This document shows, one piece after another, positions 50,215 through 58,528 of a DNA stretch of 64,000 bases. The position numbers and the translations under genes were made by a program. This DNA comes from Candidatus Versatilivorator sp. (GTDB lineage Bacteria; Acidobacteriota; Terriglobia; Versatilivoradales; Versatilivoraceae). Position 1 is the stretch's first letter. Every line of letters starts with the position of its first letter. The notes beneath the pieces were generated by a model, which saw only the letters and a program-made list of their open reading frames with translations, was not told where the DNA came from and did no database searches. Location of the stretch: assembly GCA_965207735.1 (NCBI GenBank), contig OZ242296.1:2528001-2592000 (forward strand), given 5' to 3'.

Positions 50215-50238
50215 CCCCTGGTCGGAAATGCGGGTTAG
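50215..50238 (-). repeat. Degenerate solo copy of the MITE terminal repeat
   Basis: Minus strand CTAACCCGCATTTCCGACCAGGGG versus CTAGCCCGCATTTCTCACCAGGGG at 57375 (3 mismatches in 24). Confidence 0.6.
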
Positions 50239-50300
50239 TGGTGGAAAACCGGTGTCCGCCAGCCTATAATTACGGCTGATTCCGACTCCAGAGGAGCAGC

Positions 50301-52913
50301 ATGCGAGGCTGGCTTCCGGTGCGAACCGTTCAGTGTCTTGCAGTCCTGGCTATCCTGGGAATCCCCTCCCTGGCCTATGCCGCCGCCGATTCCACCGCTC
50401 AGGCGGCTCATGCCATCTTGCAGAAGCATTGCCTCTCCTGCCACGGAGCCGGCCAGATGTCGGGTCTGGACCTGAGGCAAAGAGAGACCCTGCTGAAAGG
50501 AGGCAGCCGCGGTCCGGCCGTCGTTGTCGGCGATGCCACCCAGAGCCTGCTCTTCCGTTCGGCCGCCCATCTCAGCGAACCCAAGATGCCGCCCGACAGC
50601 CGCCGGCCCTTGCCCCAGGGAGATCTGGCCATTCTGAAGGAATGGATTGAAGCGGGTGCCCCATTCCCCGAAGAGGGGGCTGCGACCGGGGAACCCTCCT
50701 GGTGGTCGTTGAAGAAGCCGCGGCGGCCCCCTCTCCCCGAACTGGCTGAGGCCCCGTCCAATCCCGTCGATGCCTTCATCCTGGCCAAGCTGCGGGAGAA
50801 GGGACTCGAACCGGCTCCGGCGGCCGACAAGGCCACCCTGCTTCGACGGGCCTACTTCGACCTGGTGGGTCTGCCGCCGACTCCGGCCCAGGCGGACCGA
50901 TTCCTGCGGAACACCTCCCCCGACGCGTTCGAAGAGTTGATCGACGAGCTGCTGGCTTCCTCCCACTATGGCGAACGCTGGGGGCGGCACTGGCTGGATG
51001 TGGTCCGCTACGCCGACAGCGCCGGGTTCGAAGGCGACGTCTTTTACCCGAACGCCTGGCGATACCGGGACTATGTGATCAAGTCCTTCAACGAGGACAA
51101 GCCCTACGACCGCTTCGTCCAGGAGCAGATCGCCGGGGACGAGCTTTTTCCGAACAACCTGGAGATGGAGGGTTTCTACGACATTTCCCCGGAAAAGCTG
51201 GAACACATGGAAGCCAGGATCGGAACCACGCTCTACACCTTCGGACCGGAAATCCAGGAATCTCACCTGGATGCCGAACGGCTGCGCTACGAACGGCTCA
51301 CCGACGCGGTCGACACCACCGCGGCGGCCTTCATGGGGCTGACCCTGGAGTGCTCGCGCTGCCACGACCACAAATTCGACCCCCTCACTCAGAAGGATTA
51401 CTTTCAGTTGCAGGCCGTCTTCGCCGCCAGTTCCCGCAAGACCATCCCCGTGGTCAGCAGCATGTCCACCGGTCATCGCCGCGACGACTACCACCGCATG
51501 ATTGCGCTGGCCGAAGCCAGAGCCTCCTACCAGAAGTTTGAAACGCAGGTCAAGGACCGGGTCATCGAAACCAAGAAGAAGGACTACCCGCCCGAGGTGG
51601 TGCGCGCCTACGAGGTGCCCATGGAGGAGCGTACCGCCCGGGAGCTGGAACTGGCCGCACCTCTGACCCAGTTCTACATGGAAATGAAGATCGAGGATCA
51701 TCTCGCCGATGAGGAGAAGAACCGCCACGGAAACTACATCCGGAAGCTGGCCAGGGCCGCGCTGGACGTCCCGCTTGCGGACGGTTCGCACCAGGTGAAA
51801 TATGACGGATTCTTCGACGTGCCCTCGGCCACGGTTCTGGGACACCTCAAGCCCGAGCTGGTTCCGGACACGTACCTGTTGAACCGCGGCGAGCTGTCGC
51901 TGAAGAGAGAGATCGTCCAGCCGGGGCTGCCGTCGGTTCTGCGCGGCGGCAGTGTTCCCGACAAGCTGTCCATGGGTCCTCACGGCCCGCGCTACCGCAA
52001 ACATTTCGCGCTCTGGCTGACCCGGCCCACCCATCCGCTCACGGCGCGAGTCATGGTCAACCGCATCTGGCAGGGCCATTTCGGACAAGGCCTCGTCCGC
52101 ACCTCGAACGACTTCGGACGCCAGGGCGACCGACCCTCCCACCCCGAATTGCTGGACTGGCTGGCCACGGAGTTCGTCGATCGGGGATGGAGCGTCAAGT
52201 CCATGCACCGGTTGATCATGCTCTCGGACGCCTACCGGCGGGACAGTCGTTACACCACCACGACCCACCGGCAGCAGGATCCCGAAAACCGTTTCCTGTG
52301 GCGCATGAACCGCCGCCGCCTGGAAGGGGAGGCGGTGTGGGATTCGCTGCATGCCGTCGCCGGCAATCTGAACCCGACCATGGGAGGACGGCCTGCCATT
52401 CCCCCGCTTTCCAAGGTCGAAATGAGTTCCCTGCGCATCAAGCCCTGGTGGGCCGTTTCGGAAGACCCTGCCGCCGGCAGGCGTCGCGGCGTCTACATCC
52501 TGGCCCGGCGCAACTTCACCTTCCCCATGTTCGACAAGTTCGACGTGCCCAACTCCTCGGTGAGTTGCGCCGGACGGGAAGTGACGACGGTCGCCCCCCA
52601 GGCGCTCTGGTCCCTGAACAACGACGCCTCCTTCAGGCAGGCCCAAGTGCTGGCTGACCGGCTGGTTGGCGAAGCCGGCGCCAGTCCCGCCGACCAGGTG
52701 GACCTGGCCTGGAGGCTGGTGCTGGCCCGGCCGCCGTCGGCTGAAGAAAGGCAGGAGGCGATCACGCTTTTGTCGCGACTGGCTTCAAGCAATGGAAGTC
52801 AGGCATCCCACCCCTCCGGCGAAGATACTGAAAAAACGACCGGGCACAGGGATGCCTTGACTCAGCTTTGCTTGACGATGTTCAACTTGAGCGAGTTCTT
52901 CTACATCGATTGA
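50301..52913 (+). CDS. PSD1-type protein: Planctomycete cytochrome c + DUF1549 + DUF1553
   Basis: Signal peptide; CLSCH, MPP..WIEAGA, YGERWGRHWLD, CSRCHDHKFDP, VNRIWQGHFG.GLV, RRLEGE, NLSEFFYID. Confidence 0.92.
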   Translation: MRGWLPVRTVQCLAVLAILGIPSLAYAAADSTAQAAHAILQKHCLSCHGAGQMSGLDLRQRETLLKGGSRGPAVVVGDATQSLLFRSAAHLSEPKMPPDSRRPLPQGDLAILKEWIEAGAPFPEEGAATGEPSWWSLKKPRRPPLPELAEAPSNPVDAFILAKLREKGLEPAPAADKATLLRRAYFDLVGLPPTPAQADRFLRNTSPDAFEELIDELLASSHYGERWGRHWLDVVRYADSAGFEGDVFYPNAWRYRDYVIKSFNEDKPYDRFVQEQIAGDELFPNNLEMEGFYDISPEKLEHMEARIGTTLYTFGPEIQESHLDAERLRYERLTDAVDTTAAAFMGLTLECSRCHDHKFDPLTQKDYFQLQAVFAASSRKTIPVVSSMSTGHRRDDYHRMIALAEARASYQKFETQVKDRVIETKKKDYPPEVVRAYEVPMEERTARELELAAPLTQFYMEMKIEDHLADEEKNRHGNYIRKLARAALDVPLADGSHQVKYDGFFDVPSATVLGHLKPELVPDTYLLNRGELSLKREIVQPGLPSVLRGGSVPDKLSMGPHGPRYRKHFALWLTRPTHPLTARVMVNRIWQGHFGQGLVRTSNDFGRQGDRPSHPELLDWLATEFVDRGWSVKSMHRLIMLSDAYRRDSRYTTTTHRQQDPENRFLWRMNRRRLEGEAVWDSLHAVAGNLNPTMGGRPAIPPLSKVEMSSLRIKPWWAVSEDPAAGRRRGVYILARRNFTFPMFDKFDVPNSSVSCAGREVTTVAPQALWSLNNDASFRQAQVLADRLVGEAGASPADQVDLAWRLVLARPPSAEERQEAITLLSRLASSNGSQASHPSGEDTEKTTGHRDALTQLCLTMFNLSEFFYID

Positions 52914-52967
52914 CACCGGGGCGGAATTGAAATGCGACCCGGATCTCCTTGGCTTGGGAGGAAAACC

Positions 52968-54422
52968 ATGAATCCCTATTCCTGCAACCGCCGCGCCACC
53001 GTCAGTTCGCGGCGTGAATTCCTGACCCGTTCCGGGCTGGGATTCGGAGGACTGGCCCTCAACTGCATGCTGCAGGCGGAATCGGCGAGTGCCGATGTCC
53101 CGGCCGCCGCGGCCTACAATCCCCTGGGCGTCAAGCCGCCTCACTTCGCGGCCAAGGCCAAGAGCGTCATCTTCATCTTTCTGCAAGGTGGTCCCAGCCA
53201 ACTTGAAACCTTCGATCCCAAACCCGAGTTGCAGAAATATGACGGTCAGTATCTTCCTCCCAGTTACTTGAAAAAGGGCATCGGCCTGGCGCAGATCAAG
53301 GCGGACGAATCCAAGCTGATGGGGACGCGGCGTATATTCAGGAAGCACGGCCAGTCCGGGCTGGAAATCTCCGACCTGTTTCCGAAACTCTCGCAATTCG
53401 CCGACGACCTTGCGGTCATCCGCTCCTGCTACCACGAATCCTTCATCCACGGTCCCGCCATCACCATCATCCATACGGGGTCCCTGCTGATGGGACAACC
53501 CAGCATGGGGGCCTGGATGCTGTACGGCCTGGGCAGCGAAACCGACAATCTGCCGGCCTACCTGGTGATGGCCGACGACTACATGCGCAACAGCAAGTCG
53601 GTGATCGGATCGGGCTTCCTGCCGGCCGTCTACCAGGGCACCGTGCTTTCCACCCAGGGAGCGGCCCTGGAGAATCTGCAGCCTCCCGGCCTGGTCACTC
53701 GGGAGAACCAACAGGCCATCCTGAGCCAACTGAAGCAATGGAACCAGCGGCACTTGGCCGACCGCCCGGACGACAGCAGCCTGGCGGCTCGGATCAAGAA
53801 CTACGAATTGGCATTCCGCATGCAGATGGCCGGTCCCGAATTGATCGACCTGAGCCGGGAACCCAAGCACATCAACAAGTTGTACGGCCTGGACACCAAG
53901 GAGACCGCCAACTTCGGAAGGATGTGCCTGCTGTCGCGCAGGATGGTCGAGCGCGGCGTTCGCTTTGTCCACCTCTACAACAGCGACTGGGACGGGCACG
54001 GAGAGTGCGACAAGAACCATCGTGAAAATGCCATCAAGACGGATGGCCCGGTGGCCGGTCTTCTGGCGGACCTGAAACAACGGGGCATGCTGGAGAGCAC
54101 CCTGGTGGTTCTCACCGGCGAGTTCGGCCGCACCCCCATCATGCAGGGAAAGGAGGGGCGGGACCACAGCCCCTACGGCTTCTCGGTGGTCATGGCCGGA
54201 GGAGGCATCAAGGGAGGCAAGGCCATCGGGGCCACCGATGAGCTGGGTTTCTACGCCGCCGAAGACAAGGTCCATGTCCACGACATGCATGCCACCATGC
54301 TCGAACTGCTGGGACTGGACCACCGCAAGCTGAACGTCAAGGTTTCCGGACTGGAAAAACGCCTGACCGGCGTCGGAGAGGACGGGAACCACAGCGTGGC
54401 CAAACGGCTGCTGGCCGGTTAG
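52968..54422 (+). CDS. DUF1501 domain protein with Tat leader
   Basis: SRREFL, AKAKSVIFIFLQGGPSQLETFDPKP, RRMVERGVRFV, GEFGRTP, GRDH; GGAGG RBS. Confidence 0.92.
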   Translation: MNPYSCNRRATVSSRREFLTRSGLGFGGLALNCMLQAESASADVPAAAAYNPLGVKPPHFAAKAKSVIFIFLQGGPSQLETFDPKPELQKYDGQYLPPSYLKKGIGLAQIKADESKLMGTRRIFRKHGQSGLEISDLFPKLSQFADDLAVIRSCYHESFIHGPAITIIHTGSLLMGQPSMGAWMLYGLGSETDNLPAYLVMADDYMRNSKSVIGSGFLPAVYQGTVLSTQGAALENLQPPGLVTRENQQAILSQLKQWNQRHLADRPDDSSLAARIKNYELAFRMQMAGPELIDLSREPKHINKLYGLDTKETANFGRMCLLSRRMVERGVRFVHLYNSDWDGHGECDKNHRENAIKTDGPVAGLLADLKQRGMLESTLVVLTGEFGRTPIMQGKEGRDHSPYGFSVVMAGGGIKGGKAIGATDELGFYAAEDKVHVHDMHATMLELLGLDHRKLNVKVSGLEKRLTGVGEDGNHSVAKRLLAG

Positions 54423-54487
54423 CCGGCTCGGAAGTGCAGACCGGCGCCGGCGCGGTGGATCCACCGGTTCAAACTAAAATTAACTCG

Positions 54488-54994
54488 ATGCGTTTCCCAG
54501 CTCTTTGTTCGCTCCTGCTTTTTCCCGCCGTGCTGCTCGCGGCCGACGAGGAGCCGCCATTCTACGAGGGGAGAATGCGGATTCCCGTGGCCCTCGCCAC
54601 GGCCGACGGCATCCGGCTGCCGGCCGGACGCTATCGCCTGGAAGTCAAGGGTGAGGCCCCGGCCCGCAGGCTGAAATTCTCCTTGAACGGGACGGTGAAG
54701 GCCGTGGTCCCGGAGTCGGGCGGACAGAATCCGGCCCTGGGCTCCGCCGAGGTTCCCCTGGTGGGGACGCACCTGCTCCGTTCTACGGCGGTCAAGCTGG
54801 CCCCTGCCAAGGAGCGTCAGTTCAGCCAGACGGGCATGGCCCGCTATCAGGAGGAGAAGCACCTCTGGGACGGAACCATGAGAGTCTACCTGTCCCCGAA
54901 GGACGGCGCCGTGTACTTCATTTTTCAGGAGCGGCGGAAAAAGCGGCACTGGAGCCGCTCCAACTTCAGGTTGCAGCGGAATCCCTCCCCCTGA
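54488..54994 (+). CDS. Secreted hypothetical protein
   Basis: Signal peptide MRFPALCSLLLFPAVLLA, LPAGRY motif; lies within the DUF1501 operon. Confidence 0.7.
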   Translation: MRFPALCSLLLFPAVLLAADEEPPFYEGRMRIPVALATADGIRLPAGRYRLEVKGEAPARRLKFSLNGTVKAVVPESGGQNPALGSAEVPLVGTHLLRSTAVKLAPAKERQFSQTGMARYQEEKHLWDGTMRVYLSPKDGAVYFIFQERRKKRHWSRSNFRLQRNPSP

Positions 54995-55029
54995 AACCCC
55001 CCTTTTTCGAGCCCAGGGAGTCACCCGGA

Positions 55030-57378
55030 ATGCGGCACGGCACCTACCGGCAGGCAGTTGCGGCTGCAGTGACCATCACTCTTGCCGCCCTGCTTTCGCA
55101 AACCTGGGCGGAACCCTCCGCCCCCTCTGTCGCCGCCCGGTCTGACGACCGCAAGCCTGCTTGGTGGTCCTTCCAAAAGCTCCGGCGGCCCCAGATCCCC
55201 CGGCCGGGGAACGGCAGCCAGCCTTCCAATCCCATCGACGCGTTCGTGTTGGCCAAGCTCCGGGAGAAGCGTCTCGAGCCAGGCCCCGCCGCCGCCAGGT
55301 CGGTCCTGTTGCGCCGGGCCACCTTCGATCTGTGGGGTCTGCCACCGACTCCCGCCCAAGCCGAGCGCTTTCTGCGGGATGACTCGCCCGAGGCCTACGA
55401 AAGACTCATCGAGGAGCTGCTCGAGTCGCCCCGTTACGGGGAACGCTGGGGGCAGCACTGGCTGAATGTGGTCGGGTACGCCGACAGCAGATCCGACTCA
55501 GAGGACTACCATCCCAACGCCTGGCGCTATCGGGACTACGCGATCAAATCCTTCAACGACGACAAGCCCTACGACCGCTTCGTCCAAGAGCAGATCGCCG
55601 GAGACGAGCTTTTCCCGAACAACCTCGAACTGGAAGGCTTCTACGACCTCTCTCCCGAGAAGCTGGAGCACCTGGAAGCCTGGATAGGAACCACCATCTT
55701 CGCCGTTGGGCCGGGAGGCCGAGAGGGGCATCTGGATGCGGAAGTCTCGCGGTACCGCTGGCTGACCGAGGTGGTGAACAAGACGGCGTCCTCATTCCTC
55801 GGGTTGACCCTGGAATGCGCCCGTTGCCACAACCACCGATCCGACCCTTTCTCCCAGGAAGACTACTTCGGGCTGCAAGCGATTTTTGCCGCCAGCCGGC
55901 CCTCAACCATTCCGGTTGTGGCCTCGACCACCCTGGGCCACCGCGACGAAGCCTATCATATGGCGATTGCTCTGGTGGAAGCCAGAGACGCTTACCTGCG
56001 GTTTGCAAGGCAGGTCAGGGATCGAGTCGTCGAACCCAAGAAACGGGACTATCCCTCGGAAGTGGTTCATGCCTACGAGATTCCCCTGGAAGCGCGATCC
56101 GCCCGAGAGACGGAATTGGCGGCTCCGTTGGACCAATTGCACCGCGAGCTGAATATTGAAGAGCACCTTACTCCTGAAGAGACCGAACGCCACCGGGAGC
56201 TGACCCGAAAACTGGCCAAGGCGGCCGTGGCCATTCCTGCCAAGGGATTGGCGCACAAGGTTGACTATGATGGGTTTTACGATGTGCCGTCAGCCACGGT
56301 GCTGGGTGGAGTGAGGACGGAGTTGATTCCTGAAACTCACCTTTTGAACCGCGGGGAGCCGGCACGCAAGAAACACCTCGTCCACCCCGGTCTTCCCCGG
56401 ACCCTCAGGCATGACGCCGGCCCGGCCGAGTTGTTCCGGGAAGCCAATGGCCACCACTACCGCAAGCAACTGGCCCTCTGGCTGACGCGGCCGACCCATC
56501 CTCTGACCGTCCGGGTCATGGTCAACCGCATCTGGCAGGGTCACTTCGGACAAGGCCTGGTGCGCACTGACGACGACTTCGGTCCCCAGGGCGACTCTCC
56601 CGTCCATCGGGAACTGCTGGATTGGCTCGCCTGCCGATTCGTGGATCAGGGTTGGAGCGCGAAGTCCATGCACAGGCTGATCATGCTGTCAAACACCTAT
56701 CGAAGGGACAGTCGCTTTTCCACGGCCGGCCATCGGCGGCAAGATCCCTCCAATCGCTACTGGTGGCGCATGAACCCACGGCGGCTGGAAGGCACAGCCG
56801 TTTGGGATGCCATCCACCAGGTGTCAGGCGCCCTGAATCTGAAGATGGCAGGTCGGCCGGCAATCCCGCCCCTGGCGGAAGTCGAAGGGACTACCCCTCG
56901 AATGACGTCCCGGTGGCCCGCCTCGGACGATCCGACGGCGGGCCGTCGGCGCGGGGTCTACCTTCTGACTCGACGAGCGCCTCCACGGTTCCACCATACG
57001 ACTGCCGCCCCGGCTTCCAACGGCTGCCCTGCCAAGGATGCCGGCAACGAAAGTCCTCTGACTGTCTGGAAACTGAACCGCAAGGGCCTTTACCAGCAGG
57101 CCCGCAATTTGGCTTCCCGTCTGGTGCGAGATGCGGGTAAGGACCCCTCCCGCCAGATCGACCTGGCCTGGCAACTGACCCTGGCGCGGGCCCCCAAGGA
57201 TGAAGAGAAACAGGAAGCGCTGAACCGGTTGAATCGACCGGCCTCGAACAATCAATCTCTGCCGGAAAACGGATCCCTCCCGGAGGGTCCGGGTTCGCTC
57301 GATCCGCCGCAAGCCGCGGCACTCACCCGCCTCTGTCTGAGTCTGTTCAATCTCGAAGAGTTTGTCCGTATCGACTAG
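55030..57378 (+). CDS. DUF1549/DUF1553 protein lacking the N-terminal cytochrome c; paralog of 50301..52913
   Basis: Long near-identical blocks (KPYDRFVQEQIAGDELFPNNLE.EGFYD.SPEKLEH, ALWLTRPTHPLT.RVMVNRIWQGHFGQGLVRT); CARCH. Confidence 0.9.
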   Translation: MRHGTYRQAVAAAVTITLAALLSQTWAEPSAPSVAARSDDRKPAWWSFQKLRRPQIPRPGNGSQPSNPIDAFVLAKLREKRLEPGPAAARSVLLRRATFDLWGLPPTPAQAERFLRDDSPEAYERLIEELLESPRYGERWGQHWLNVVGYADSRSDSEDYHPNAWRYRDYAIKSFNDDKPYDRFVQEQIAGDELFPNNLELEGFYDLSPEKLEHLEAWIGTTIFAVGPGGREGHLDAEVSRYRWLTEVVNKTASSFLGLTLECARCHNHRSDPFSQEDYFGLQAIFAASRPSTIPVVASTTLGHRDEAYHMAIALVEARDAYLRFARQVRDRVVEPKKRDYPSEVVHAYEIPLEARSARETELAAPLDQLHRELNIEEHLTPEETERHRELTRKLAKAAVAIPAKGLAHKVDYDGFYDVPSATVLGGVRTELIPETHLLNRGEPARKKHLVHPGLPRTLRHDAGPAELFREANGHHYRKQLALWLTRPTHPLTVRVMVNRIWQGHFGQGLVRTDDDFGPQGDSPVHRELLDWLACRFVDQGWSAKSMHRLIMLSNTYRRDSRFSTAGHRRQDPSNRYWWRMNPRRLEGTAVWDAIHQVSGALNLKMAGRPAIPPLAEVEGTTPRMTSRWPASDDPTAGRRRGVYLLTRRAPPRFHHTTAAPASNGCPAKDAGNESPLTVWKLNRKGLYQQARNLASRLVRDAGKDPSRQIDLAWQLTLARAPKDEEKQEALNRLNRPASNNQSLPENGSLPEGPGSLDPPQAAALTRLCLSLFNLEEFVRID

Positions 57379-58494
57379 CCCGCATTTCTCACCAGGGGGC
57401 ATGAACATGGCGCAGGATTTTTCCCTTCAGCGCGTGCTCGCGACCGAAGAGCGTAGCGGTCACTACGCGCGAGGGAGCATGTGCGCGCTGAAGGGAAAAA
57501 GACAAGCCAGGGCATGCCCAGCGCAGTCTGTTACCCGCAAGCCCTTACCATGGAGCCAATCAAAGTACTGAAGATAAACTACTTGTCGTCATGGCACCAG
57601 CGACCTGGGTAGAGTCGAGGACTGGCGCGTTGACTATAGGGTCCGGTGGCTATTCCGTCGCTTTCGCTTCGGGCCTCAGTCCGGCTCCCTTATCACGTTT
57701 CCAGTCCCCGCTCTCCGAACCGGACGTGCGGTTTTCCCGCATCTCGGCTCTCCAGTGGGATCATGCGTCTCGCACACAGGTCCCCGCTCGCATCCGTGGA
57801 CGACTCCTATGGGATTGGCACCCGTCCCCCACTCCATCCACTTCCGCTCCCGGGTTGCCGCCAGGCCTGTTGATGCCCTGACGACGCCGTCCTCCTCCGA
57901 CGACCCTTTCACTTTTGCATGTGATGCTTCCGGAGTCTCCGGCCCTTTTTTGGTCGGGGTTTCAGGCTTTCGCCACTCCCGGGACCCTTCCCCCTTCGGT
58001 CACCGCTCCTCACCTGAGGCCCCTTCCCTCCACCGGTATTACCCGGCTTCTCCGGTACTACAGGCCTCTCCGCCACCCTGTCGGCCTAGACTGACTCTCG
58101 CGAGCTTCCGGTTCGGTGCGTGCCTCACCACCCACAGGGCTTCCCATGTTGCTGCCTTCTTCCCCTTCCATGCGTGCCAGCGCCACTACCCCGGCGGGTC
58201 CAAAGGGGTGCCCGCGTCGCTCGCTTCCCCCTCCGTCTTCGGCCTTCCCCATTTCTCAGGTGGGTCGGCCCCCGCATTGCCCGTTTCGAGGCCTGCTCGA
58301 CGTTCACTCGCGTTCCGGCCCGCATGCTCGCTGAACCGCCTTAAGCGGCCCTTTGACACCAGAGGGCTTCAGACCATATCGTTACCTCCATGATCCGCCC
58401 TGGCTGCTACCAACCGGAGCGACAGTTGTTGGACGGGTTTCGCACCCGTTGGAAGAAGGCGCCTTTCCATGGCGCACTGAGAAATGCGGGCTAG
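57375..58494. mobile_element. MITE-like element (~251 bp without the intron) with 22-bp terminal inverted repeats, interrupted by a group II intron
   Basis: Left end CTAGCCCGCATTTCTCACCAGG. Removing 57609-58477 rebuilds the exact inverse on the right. Internal 17-bp stem at 57418-57434/57484-57500; no transposase. Confidence 0.82.
57609..58477 (-). ncRNA. ORF-less group II intron (IIB-like), 869 nt
   Basis: 5' end GTGCGCCATGG. Domain V GAGCCGAGATGCGGGAAAACCGCACGTCCGGTTCGGAGAGCGGGG. Extended domain VI ends CTCGACTCTAC. EBS1-like loop TGAGAAAT; no RT ORF. Confidence 0.92.
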
Positions 58495-58528
58495 CCCGCA
58501 TTTCTCACTGGGCTCGCGTAAGGGGGGG

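Noticed and set aside
47306-50238. Composite transposon formed by two solo MITE ends around tlpA-DUF309-mqnE
   Set aside because: Both ends are degenerate, the left lacks CTAG, and the enclosed genes look like core genes.
57591-58393. ORFs inside the intron as an intron-encoded protein
   Set aside because: All are short and none has RT motifs such as PQG or YADD.
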